DNA of 64,000 nucleotides from Paraphysomonas bandaiensis. Its lineage: Eukaryota > Protista > Chrysophyceae. Of the stretch, positions 17,727-29,893 are shown piece by piece; within the stretch, counting starts at the first letter, position 1, and every line of letters begins with the position of its first letter. Under the pieces are notes generated by a model that made no database searches, had not been told where the DNA came from, and saw only the letters and a program-made list of their open reading frames with translations. The stretch spans positions 82,631-146,630 of the forward strand of contig CBFFRP010000147.1 of the NCBI GenBank assembly GCA_965644295.1. The letters are read 5' to 3'. The translations under genes were made by a program, and so were the position numbers.

Positions 17727-20700
17727 GGAAGGGGGGGCTCTATTATGAACCGTTTTTTGGCCATTTTCATCGCTCATATAGGCAACCTTTTAAATCATGA
17801 CTTATCAATCTGAGCATATCATGAGATCAGGCTTGCTCTCAACTTAATTTCATATTATTTGATCAGCTTCTCTCATAATTTGGTTCTGATGCTATAGCTC
17901 GCCAAAGTGAACACCTTAAGGCGATTTTCAGTCGTTCAAAAAAACAGGTCCCCTATTATGAACCATTTTCAAAACGTAGAGTTGACAGGCATATTCACAT
18001 TATTACACATATCTCAACACATATACTAATAGTGCAGACATGTTTCATGACAGTTAGAATAATATTATACTGCTTGACACGCCTGTGTGCTCTGATCCTT
18101 GCAATTCATTCTACGTCTACAGATATTGTAGAGTTTATGTGATTCGTCGTGTTTGTGATTCATGAGTGTCATATCTGTAGTGTGACTCTATACCCACTTA
18201 TATGAGTTAAAATAGAACTAGTACCATTGTTTTGAATTAATCAGAAGTTTATTTTACTCCATGGCGCCTATGCCGAAGCCATATTCATGTGATAATCCAA
18301 ATGAAACAAATCCATAGACCCTAATAGCAAGAGACCCGCAGTCCTGTCGAGATTCTCTAGAAACGTTAGGAGTAATGTAAATGTTGATAGACTTACTAGG
18401 TAAACCTTCCAGACTATTCATTGGTCGTTTCGTGACAATGTAGAGCCCCGTTACAGTCGTATTTGTATATGTAGGATATAGTAGGACACTGAGGCACTAT
18501 TCAACTACCCATTAGTAACTACCAGGCTGGAATTCTTAACGCGCACTAATAAAAACTTGGTAATTAAAAGTGTTTACTCTCAGTTAATCATATTAATATT
18601 AAAGGAAATAATCGAAAAGATAACCCACTCAAGCTAGTGACACGACTAGTACCCAATTTTGCTACACTAGTTAATCATATAAAACTTAAAGCTAATCGAA
18701 AAGATAAAATAAATCATACACAAATTGCTCATACCATGGTGGTGTCATATACAAGGCCTCCATCTACTAAATTCAGACTTGCTAACCGTACCTTCATCGG
18801 CGACTCCAACAATGCAATCAGGTGGGCTTTAGTCCCCGGCTTGACGAAGGCGCTGATAGTTTCAGATGACCTGGGGAGTACAGCTATCAATGCCTTGAGA
18901 ATATCGACCGTTTCATATCTCCAATTGAAGGTGGGAATTTCGCGGATAGATTCTATGACGCGTTTGTATACCACCTGCTGCTTCATGAGGGTATTCTTAG
19001 CCTTCTCATTTGCAGTCTCCTTTCTGGCCAACTTATCGGCCGCCTTCTTCTCCATCTGTGCGGCAGCGGCTTGTACCCTGTCGACGGTGGCCTGAGTGCA
19101 GCAGTGCCCAGTGGTTGTGTTCACCACCCGCTGCGCCGCTACCTCGTCATCAATTTCCTCCTCCCCAGACTCATTGTCACTACAATCGGTATCTAGAAGA
19201 CATGTAGGCGCTGCCCTTGGAATGGTGATTTTTTTTAGCCTGTTCTCTTCCTCTCGTCGCTTTGCAAGCTCCTGGGCAGGGACGATAAAACTTTTCTCAA
19301 AGAGACTGTGGGAGTAGGCATTCACAAGAAGTCCATAGGTGTCATCCACCCCTGGGATAGGCTCCTTCCATCTCACACGTTTCATCCCAGCAACATCAGG
19401 GGCATCCTCGACAATAACCTCCCTCACTTGGGCCGCTTCCACTTTCCGGTCATTATCTCTATCATCTGTACAATAGATGGCGGATATCATGGTACCGGAG
19501 GTGACTCTAGCAGGATCGGCCTGGGAACTGACACCAATATCTGGAAGGGGATCAACTAGCGGCCACGTCATTGTTTTGACAAAGGCCTTAATGATGCAGT
19601 CCTTAAGATCTGGTTCTGCCTCAAATTTACGCCAAGCCTCGGTAATGATTTTGTTGAAATCTCCTTTGCTGAGCAGTTCTCCAGGATGTTGCATCTTCCA
19701 CGCAAAGAACCGCTTCCGGTAGAGGCTCTTGAGCATGGCGTTGGGGCCGTTGTCTATGGCAGCATCCCGAACAGAGTTTTGCGCACACAGAAAATTAATG
19801 TGAATATTATGATTCACTGCAAAGGCTAGACTATCCGGATCTAAGTGAGAGTGGTGCCCATCGACATAGATCCACTTGGGGCGGCCGGCGGTACTCATAG
19901 AGAAGACTGCAACCTTGAAGGTGTCCTTATCAGCATAGCCGGACTTAGTACAGTCCACGCCAAATTCCTCCCCCAGATTCATGGAGAAGTTACCCTATAT
20001 ATATTCAGTCCTGAATATGTATGAACATGTAGAGAATATACTTTACCTTCATACTTGAGCCTTGGTGCACGATGATTGGGGCTGTGAGGGTACCGTTGGC
20101 ACGGATGCCGTACAACAGGGTAACCCAGAAGGGCGCCCTCTCTCCATGACGAGCCGAGAATCGTCTCTCCTTTCCATCCTTGAATAAGCTAAAGGTTTTG
20201 TAAGCCCTTCCCCAGGGATCAAAGCCGATCTCGTCCCAGTCTTCAACATCCTCTCCACCTGGACCACCCTTGGGGAGAGTGCCTGAGTTGATGCAGTCAG
20301 CCATATGAGCAAGGAACTTCCTAGCCATTGTGCTTTGCCGTGTTGGATCTGCAGCCTCCGCACGCCTGAAGCTAATCTCAGAAGTTTTGCTAATTGTTGG
20401 TCTGGTGTTCTCCGCCCACTCATAATCCTTCGGTGTTAAGAAGTTATCCTTTAAAAAGTTCTTCCCGCATTTGGCCTTCCTAAGTCGTTCAGACTGATTC
20501 GTAGCGACCCCCCCGTTCGCCGCAGTGACAGCATCCGCATATTGGTGGCAGTATTGCACTGCGAATTCTGACATTTCGCTTCGACTATACCCATAACCAG
20601 CTTGGTCATGGAGGTCGAACTTCACTGCCATCAAATCCCTGTCAAGACGTGATCGCAGGAGGGGAGGTGGTCCGGATAGAGGAAACTGCAACTCGTCGAT

Positions 20701-21409
20701 GACATTGGCCACCAAATGATGATTCGTATCGTCTGAGACAAAAGCGTTCATTACCGACAGAGATTCCATATCGAGACATTCCCGAAGAAGGCTTATATCC
20801 CTCGTTAGAGTAGAAAATGGAACTCCAAACTGCTCCAGGATCTCGCTCCGCTTCATTTTGCCAATAACGCGGGCTTTTAGGGCTGCAACACGTTCCTCAA
20901 GGGTGTAGACCTTCCTGCTTTGTGGAAAATTGATGCCAGGGAGGGATTTGGCGGTTGCTCTGATGGTCCGCTCAGGTGCCCGGGAGGAGCCTGAATTAAG
21001 GTGATCTATAGACGGGAGTGCCCCCAACAACCTATTCACAACCCTTTTTTCAGGTACAGATACAGGCATATTTCCAGTCTTAGTCGCTTTCATTACTGAT
21101 GCAATTATATTAATAGTGGAGGGGGCGGGTCGCTTGCATCGTGCTGTTAATGGTGGGAGGCCACCATGAGGATTCATGTCACTTATCTCTATAAATATGA
21201 GATGAGAGTGTGATCTGAAGGGGCCAGTGTGTCAAGCATACTCAAGTTAGTCTAAGCATGTTACCGTATATACTAATAGAGACGCTGCCAGCACTTCATT
21301 CGAGGAAATAGTGATTGAAGTCCACAAATCTTCCGAATTCGTTTTCAGAAAATGGTTCATAATAGGGTCCAAAAAAATCAAAATGGTTCATAATAGAGCC
21401 CCCCCTTCC
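17727..21409 (-). mobile_element. Full-length pogo/Fot1-like (Tc1/mariner superfamily) DNA transposon, 3683 bp
   Basis: Perfect 25-bp TIR GGAAGGGGGGGCTCTATTATGAACC (17727-17751 / 21385-21409). TA TSD at 17725-17726 and 21410-21411. Contains a DDE_1-type transposase. Confidence 0.93.
18729..21177 (-). CDS. pogo-type transposase, about 798 aa, one 52-nt intron (19995-20046)
   Basis: psq-like HTH (YTLEERVAAL...FGVPFSTL), WDEIGFD, VTLLYGIRANG, YVDGHHSH followed 35 residues later by D in AAIDNGP (DD35D). A GT..AG intron joins SSMK|GNFSMNL in frame with no stops. Confidence 0.9.
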
Positions 21410-21546
21410 TAGGTAGGTAGGTAGGTAGGTAGGTATGTATCTATGTGTAGGCAGGGTAGTATAGTATGGTGATTGTTATGGCATGGTATTGAGGGGAGTG
21501 TATAGTGTATGTTCAGTAGTGCTGTGGTCATTGCAACACTACCACA

Positions 21547-23891
21547 ATGAACAGTCTCTCCCCTCTTCTCATTCTCTCTCTCCTCTGCTCCTGCATATCT
21601 GTGGATGTCTCTGTCGAGGGTGTTGTGACCGGAGACATGAACTCATCAGATATCTTGAGTTTAATCGACATTGACACTATAGTCGTGTCTCCCTTCGCAC
21701 CAGACCACCTCTCTCTATCAGAAGTAGACTATGATATCAGATTTAAACTGATCAATGGATCAACTCATGCATGCTCCCGTCCACTGCGTCTCTCACTGCC
21801 CGGAGACATCAGAGACCAGATATTCCGGTTCTGCCGTACAGCTGGACTCTCTGTGCCTCAATGTGTACAGATAGAGCAGTATTACTTCAATGCATTTAAA
21901 TCGAGGAATGTGGTGTCTAGTGTGTCTATGTCGGAGACGAAGTGTGAGAGTGGAGGTGTCCCGGGCATCTCAAAGGGGTGCAGGAGAAGTGGGGTCAAGA
22001 TTGTTATCGTTCAACTGGCCACTCAGCGTGCTCATCCATCTGCCACTCATGCACAACAAATCAATCTAATGTATGCACGTCGACATGGATACGATTTTGT
22101 CTCACACTCTTGCCCTCCATCTGTGGATGAGGTTCACATGTGGGATCCATACGATCAGGTATACTTCTTCCATGTGTTCCGATTTGTTGAGATTTTTCCG
22201 CTTTCAGGTTCGTGCCAACTGGGCAAAACCTCGGATTATTCTTGAGTACTTGAAAAAATATCATTATGTAGTTATGCTAGACTCGGATGCCTACTTCAGG
22301 GAGCACAACATGCCTTTAGAAGCCTTCATTGACACTCACATGTATCAGAGTCTCGGTCACACAGGGGAGGGCTATGCCATCGTTCTACCCAACAACTGTA
22401 TTTCTCGCAAAGAAAATAGTTCATCTGTGCATGATATGTTTTGTTGGACCGAGGGACTGAATATTGCCTCCATTATTGCGCAGAGTAACCACCATGCGGA
22501 ATACATATTGAGGGAGTGGTCGGAAGCGGCATACTCGACATGCAGGCGGTTTGCTCATCCACATTACGCCTTTCCGGAATGGCGGGCGAATGATCAGTCT
22601 TGTCTCTCCGCATTATATGATTCTAACCAACACATCGCGCGACACATAAACGTACTCAACATGGAGGATACCCACAGATACATAGGTGGCCATCGCAATG
22701 CTATGATCAAGCATCACTTCAGTGGCACCTTTCTTGCGGAAGAGGTGGGCAAAAAGATAAAGAGGGATTTATTTGATATTTTACAAGAGGAGTCAAACAC
22801 TGTGACTGTAGGTAACAAGGGAGGCAGGAAATGGGTAAAGCACCCTGACTCACCAGTTCTTGGTGGTAACTTAGGTACTTGTTTCGATGTGAGTGTGTTG
22901 CGGGGAACGGTCCACACAAACTGGTTACAAAATTCTACTCTCCGAGCTAGAGCTAAATACGTAATGTATTTTTCATGGAGGCCGTTTGGATCTATAGCGA
23001 CCTCTCTAAGCGACGACGGTATCAAATGGGGACCTCCTGCGATTGTCTTGTATGGACATCAACACTTAGGGAGAGAGTGGGAAAGCATTGTCAATCGACC
23101 ATTTGTGCTTCATATGCCATCATCATCCGGCGATGTGGAGGATGGGAAATATCATATGTGGTACTCTGGTCAGCCAGTGAACGAGAGTACTTCTTCGATT
23201 GGCTACGCTACGAGCTCTGATGGAGTTTCGTGGCAACGAAACACTGACCCGGTGCTTATTGCACAGGGGTGGGAAGGTGATCACATCATGTGCTCTCATG
23301 TTATTTACGATCGACAGCAGTCGCAATACCGCATGTGGTACTCCGCAGGTAATTAATCGTGTACATTACGTGTCCAATGTACCCTACTGATAGTGTATTC
23401 TGTAAACATCTTTTACTGTACAGTTGCTGTGTTAGCGTTGTGTGTAAGATATTTCTCGACTTATAGGACAGGGGTATGAGCCGATTGCCATTGGGCATGC
23501 TGTCTCGTGTGATGGTTTGACGTGGAATAGAACTCACGATGTACCTATATTTTTACCCAACCCCAGCATAGAATGGGAGCAAGATCGAGTGACTTGTCCA
23601 AGTGTTGAGTATAATGGCGAGTATTACTACATGTTTTATATCGGGGTCACGAACATAAGTAAATCCGCCATTGGTGTTGCTAGATCCTTGGATGGTGTTA
23701 CTGACTGGGAAAGACATCCAAATAATCCCATAATATATCCGGATGAGAATCCTGATGGATGGGATTATGATGCCGTGTATAAAGCATTCCCTCTCTATGA
23801 CGGAGAGAAGTGGATGGTCTGGTACAATGGCCGTAGGGAAGAACATGAACAAGTTGGACTTGCGACGTTGGATGGATATAATCTCTGGTAG
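21547..23891 (+). CDS. Secretory-pathway protein: GT34-like glycosyltransferase fused to a five-bladed beta-propeller glycoside hydrolase (GH43/32/130-like)
   Basis: Signal peptide. YARRHGYDF, WAKP, MLDSDA (DxD), GLN and NDQ motifs. Then WVKHPDSPVLGG, CFD, YHMWYSG, IGYATSSDGVSW, IGVARSLDGVTDWERHPNNPII repeats. Introns at 22159-22207 and 23349-23466. Confidence 0.8.
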
Positions 23892-24454
23892 CAGATAGTT
23901 TGTCAAGGATTTATGTTACGTAGGCGCTCGATGTTCATGAAATAGTCATGCTAAATGTCTGTTATTAACATTCGTTTGTAGAAGTCCTATATGTAAACGC
24001 AGCCCAATTCGAAGGATGCAGCATTCATTGTTGTGTTTTGCTTGTCAGTAAGTAATTGATTAAAACCTGTATTTTAAGGTATTAGAATTATGCCCGGTGC
24101 TTAAATAATACATGTGTAGTTGTAATTGTGGTAGACATGTGAACCAATGATATGTCTGTACAAGCTTGTGACTATCCAATATCTGATAATATTTATTGGT
24201 AGTAGTAACGATATAAATTTAGTGAATGTCAACGAGTGAGAGACTATGTTCACCACAATTTTAATAATTGAATATTGAGTGCACGCTCTGTTCAAGTATT
24301 CAGTTAAACCATCCTACCAATATGCCAATATTGAATATTATTAGTTTATATACGGAAGCTAATTTGTGCAAGATGATTGATCGCTGATCGCCACAATAAT
24401 ATGCACTACTAACCAAGAAAGAGTGAATCTGAAATACGTCTATTATCAAGACTA

Positions 24455-24571
24455 CTGCAACTTGTTCTATCGAATATATAATTATAATTATACTAAAAGT
24501 ATATTATAATATAATATTAATAAAGTAAGTATAAATTAATATAATTATATATTCGATAGAACAAGTTGCAA
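24455..24571. mobile_element. Miniature inverted-repeat element (117 bp) flanked by TA
   Basis: Perfect 31-bp inverted repeat TGCAACTTGTTCTATCGAATATATAATTATA (24456-24486 / 24540-24570), with TA at 24453-24454 and 24572-24573. Confidence 0.7.
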
Positions 24572-24609
24572 TACTATGATAATATTATATATGGTATATA
24601 TCAGTATAA

Positions 24610-25282
24610 TCCCCCCGCACCTTTTCGTGGTGTTCTGGGGGATAAGTACCGGAGATATTTTCTCTGGGAAACTAACGTGAGCCGCATATATATATAGTCC
24701 GCAGATATTGTTCTGTCCACTCATAGCCAAATGTTTGTGTGGTAAATGTCTCTTGCGAACACGTCTCTGGGTCCAGACGAATAAATAGGCATCCGGACAG
24801 GGCCCATCTCAAGGGCATCCGGTGTGTTGGGCTGCCTGCTGAAGTCAAGCATCCATCAAACACTACATATTACGTTATATTCCACCCTTCATCTGATGAT
24901 GTAGATCATAATGATGTCAGTGCTAGTGCCCCATCTCTAAAACGTCAGGACGTCGAAAATTTAGCTGGAGTGTTCATAATATTATTATGTGGCATATATA
25001 TGATGCTGAAGATGACTTGAAGCAGTGACATTCAGAGTTAATCCCACGTCATGCTGATTAAGAGTATGTACATCATATTCTACTAACATCTTTCGTGTCA
25101 GTCGCACTAGCAGAGATTAAGCGTAATGTAAATAATAATATAATATGTAATTATGACACCAACAACAACAATGTCTAATTTAAGTACAGGTAGACGTCTA
25201 CCTACTAGCTTGACTAGTTTACATCTAGCTACTAAACTGGTGCTGATTCTTAACGCCTATTGCTAATAATATAAGACTTTAG
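24610..25282 (+). mobile_element. Non-autonomous retroposon (SINE-like) sharing its 3' tail with the LINE at 31617
   Basis: 11-bp direct repeat TATCAGTATAA at 24599-24609 and 25283-25293. The 5' ~240 bp match 60561-60842 (reverse complement). The 3' ~100 bp (..CTAGCTACTAAACTGGTGCTG..AACGCCTATTGCTAATAAT) match the LINE 3' end. Confidence 0.75.
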
Positions 25283-26102
25283 TATCAGTATAAGCTACAA
25301 GTGCGTAAACATTGTACTAACGTCTTATTGTGGTAATATTCAACTCAAAATGGCAAAGCTATTCAACGACTTGGTTTCCTATAAAAAGTTTAAGCTTCAG
25401 TAGCCTATATGAAAAAATTAAAAGATCCCTTCTTTATTCCCCTTCTATTATACGCTAATGTTTCGTGTTGGGTTCCTCTGTAAACAGGTCAAGGGCTATA
25501 AAATAATAATAGCTAAAAGCTATAGAAGAGATAGACTATATGAGCATCATGAGTGAAATTGAAAATTCTTGTTTTTGAATTACTATTTATAGATTATTTA
25601 TAGTGATATAAGCCAACAAAAAGTAATGCACCAAGCAATATATACATGCGTTTAAGAGTTAGAACTAATTTACATAACAATTTGACGAACTTGTACAAAC
25701 TCTATTCTCCTATTATTTAACACTACGAAAGCTGCTTGTGCATCACCTCCGCTCTATCACTCATTGGAGTGACAACACTTTAAACAACCTCAATAGAAGC
25801 AAATACTGTTGTGTCTACACTACATGCTAGCCTATATATTTCCGTTGAATTATCAATTTGACCCCGAATATGAATATAATATCGCACTGAGAATGATTAT
25901 CATATCACCTAGAAGATTGGAATGTAATTTAAGAATTTACAATTATTATCAGCTTGTAAAAAAGCAGCATTTATACCTTAGCTGTGCTAGTGGCTAGATA
26001 TATCATAGGTACATAATCCATACTTCAAATGTCAAAGGTTTAGATGCTGGTGTCATTTCGTGCACTTTAAATACAAAATGCCTCTACCAAATTACACTGC
26101 AC

Positions 26103-29100
26103 TTACGCAACGACAAATAGATTTTGATCTTCCATCTCTCTGATGCGAGCATAGTCCGCGTCCACCACTTCCTGCTCAGCATGTCGCAACACTACTACAC
26201 CACCAAATGTGAAACCATTAATCGTTGGCACGATATCTTGACCGAGCTTGAGGTATATTTCACATCGGCCAAAAGAGCGCATTTGTCTCATCTCCTCTAC
26301 CAAGTCAGGGCTGATCTCGACGAGCTTTCCGCGAACTTTTACAATCAGACAAAGAATTCGACCATATCCCACACTTTTTACAGGCTACGCAGACGATATA
26401 TAGAAGTTAGTTGATAATCAATACTTACAAGTGGAAATACAACTAACCTCTGATGGGTAGGAGGCGTATATTTCTGGGTTCAGGTAAGCGGCAGCCATCA
26501 CCTCCACCTGGTTGTAACCGTATACGTTGTTAGCTACAGGAACCCACGTCCCTTCTCCACCATGACAACGGGCGCCCACTTCAACCAAACACGGCGAGTC
26601 CTTGACCCATTTAACTTCGCCGTGAGTTGGACCATGCTTCACTCCAAGTGCCGTTACCACTTTCTTTTGGTACTCGATTATCTCCGCCATCTTTTCATCT
26701 GTCGCCAGAAGTGGCCGCATGCCAAACATAACGAACTTGGCCCCATTTATAGGGCCTTTGTCGTATTCCCATATGCCCACTACTTTGTGCTCGCCATTCA
26801 GGGATACCATATCAATAACGTACTCAGTACCCTCAAGGTATTCTTGAATCAATACTGCTTCGTTGACGAGTCCAAGGCCATTTACCTTCCCCATAATTCT
26901 TGTGAAGGCCTCCTGTACCTCTTCTCGACTCAGACAAAGGGTGACATCTTCAGAGGCCGCACTTTCTGTGGGTTTAACTATCACCTTGAATGGGTCAGGG
27001 TTCCACTCGTCCAGGAACTCTGCTACCTCTTCCCATGTTGTTACAACACGCTGGGTGACGGCTCGTATGCCCGAATTACGCACAGTCTCTCCCATGATGA
27101 ATTTGTTTCTCCGTGCCTCGCTTTGAGCTGTGCCGTTCGACAGAAGGCCCATTTGTGAAGAAAGTGAATCTGCTAACTCCACACCCGTCTCCGCTCCAGC
27201 CATCACAGCCATCACTGGGTAGCCACACTTGTTGACCTGTGCTGCCATTGCTGAAATATCTTCTTCGAATCCAATGATTGCCTCGAACTCGAGAGTCAGC
27301 CCTTGAGGAATCAAGTTGGCAAGGTTGGCAAGTTTATCTAATTCAGCCGAGTAGACAGCGATAATCTTGTAGCCCATGGCGTAACAATGTGCGGCCAGAG
27401 ATGCACCCGTGGAGAAAGGATCAACAATGACCACTGCCTGTATCGGTTTCGGTTGTTCTGGAGCCTCTACATCGAACATAGTCATCTGGAGCTCCTCGAT
27501 TCTACGCATTATCACAAACGCATTACGTTAGCAAGAGTGATGAAAAAACAGACATTGTAATGCAACATTAGATATCTGCCATGAATGGGTATTAGACCTT
27601 CTGTAGTCTTGATTCAGTTTTTCTTCGTCTTCGTGCACCAGACGCACTACCCCAGCCCAAGTGAAGCAGCTGATTGTCTTCTTGAGCTCCTTACCCACCT
27701 TACAATGCGACATCAGAATCAAAGCAGCACTAAATAAATAATGATAACTATACTCTTACTTTAACGAACATTTGGTGGCCACGGTAGGATTCCATGGCCT
27801 TTATTTCTTCCAATGCAGAGGGGTCAATGCCCTTCAGCATGCCTTCTGTGTAGCTCACAATGTATTTTATAGCCCCGTACTTCATACGCTCAGAACACTG
27901 AAGTACACTCACACAGTGATATTGACAATATCGAACCACGTACCTCACTGGGCATCGCGTCAAAAGCTTCCTTGTCAAGGTAGGCGTTGACAGTGGCATT
28001 GACCTGGTTATGACCCATTGCTTCGTTGGCCACATCCACCCATATTCCCTCCCCTCCATGGCACCGTGCACCCACCTCCACAAGACAAGGCGCATCTTTG
28101 TACCACTTAACCTCACCGTGAGTGGGACCGTGTTGCACCCCTAGCGCTGTCACCACTTTCTTTTGATACTCGAACATCTCCGACACCCTGTCGTCGGTGG
28201 AGAGCAGTAACTTTTGGCCGTGACACACGAACCCTGCACCATTAGCAGGCTTCCGGTCGTACTCCCATACACCCACGAGTTTATGTTCTCCATTTAGAGA
28301 TACCATATCCATTACATACTCGGTGCCCTCAAGGAACTCTTGCACTAGCACCGCTTTGTTCACAAGCCCAAGGCCATTGACCTTCCCCATAATATGTCCA
28401 AACGCATTCTGCACTTCTTGTATACTCAAACAAAGGGTTACATCGTCGGACCCAGCAGAATCGTTAGGCTTCACTATGACTTTGAAAGGATCTGGCTTCC
28501 ACTCGTCGATGAATGACTCAATCTGTCCCCAAGTGGTTGCAATGAGCTGTTTGACTGCGCGCACACCTGCATTGCGAACAGTCTCTCCCATAATAAACTT
28601 ATTCCTTCGTGCCTCACTAAGGCTTGTACCGTTTGTTAGTAGCCCCATTCGTGTAGCCAGTTCGTCAGCAAGCTCTACTCCAGTCTCAGCTCCAGCCATT
28701 ACTGCAACAACCGGAACACTCAGACTATTCAGTTCTGAGATAAGCATCTCAATCCCGGTCTCCTCAGAGACCTGAGTGTTGAATGTATGAGTACTAAAAA
28801 AAGAGAAATCTAGACCCTCTGGCACCAGAGATGCTAGATCTCCTAAATCCGCTGAGAACACACATATGACCTTAAATCCCTTCACATGCGCCTGGTACGC
28901 AAGCATGAATCCTGTAGAGAAAGTATCTACAACAACAACAGCTTTTTCTGACACAGGTACAACCGTCTCAGCCTCTGATACAAATTTAGCAGGTGCTACA
29001 TTGATTGCATGTACAGAATCAGTATCATGATGACCGAAATGTCGTCTGAACATAACATCATTCAGCGTAGCGGGTGGAGTGGCCTCTACTTTCATCTTAT

Positions 29101-29335
29101 TAACAAATGTAACGGAGCGAGTCATGCCTGGACCAACCATCTTCTTCCTTGTCTTTGCAGACAACAGCTTCCTGTCATCAAACGTCATCGCTCGGGACAT
29201 GTTCGGCCCGTCTAGATCGTCCATGTAATCAGGCCGAAACTGAACTCGTTTAAACTTGTTATCTGATATAACTAACTCCTTCCTGAAGGCCTCTTTCTGC
29301 TCCTTATCCGTCTGATTGGAACTCTGATTTCCCAT
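26103..29335 (-). CDS. Tandem (two-module) ATP-grasp ligase, NikS/L-amino-acid-ligase-like, 5 exons
   Basis: Two copies of VVD[TP]FSTG..AGAETGVELAD..NGT..SEARRNKFIMGE..VIVKP..QE[FY]LEGTEY..HGPTHGEVKW..LVEVGARCHGGEG. Introns splice both modules into one frame. Confidence 0.85.
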
Positions 29336-29893
29336 TATTAATTATCTCTTCTGTGGGTTGTATATATGGCTATATTATTATGATAGGGAGATATGTATGT
29401 ATATCCATCCCCAGCATATGTGGGTTGTTTACTATACGTGGATTGCCATATGTTAGTGTTTCAACAGCAACCAGTATGTATGTATATGTTCTGCAGGACA
29501 AAAGATTCACTTCATACTGAATATGACGCACTTCACTGTCTTTACTATACTGAGAATACAGTACAATACAGTCCGAGTATTCTGATGGGAAATATCACTC
29601 CAATGACGAGAGGTCTTATACGTCTACTGTATTCCCTTGTATACACTCGGTGCTTTAAACATTTGAATCACTCACATACGCATACATGCATAGGTACACT
29701 GCTGTACATATACAGACGTCCACTACACTGTACATACATACATATACACTGCACTGGCATATCCAGTACACGCACAGGCATATAGCAGCATGATCCACTC
29801 ATACACATCATAATGAGGAAATTACCTCGAGATTACTGGGCTTCTTGGCCCAATGCACATATTTGCTAGTGCTCTTTATATCTTTCCACTGAA

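Noticed and set aside
17429-17800. ORFs of MYVC/YIHT repeats (also at 35349-35698, 3617-4104, 9593-9988)
   Set aside because: Translation artefacts of TATG/CATA repeats, which lack stop codons. Not CRISPR arrays, since there are no spacers.
26562-27158. Long antisense ORFs over real genes (also 18637-19095, 45959-46456, 28323-28775)
   Set aside because: Shadow frames of coding sequence with no motifs.
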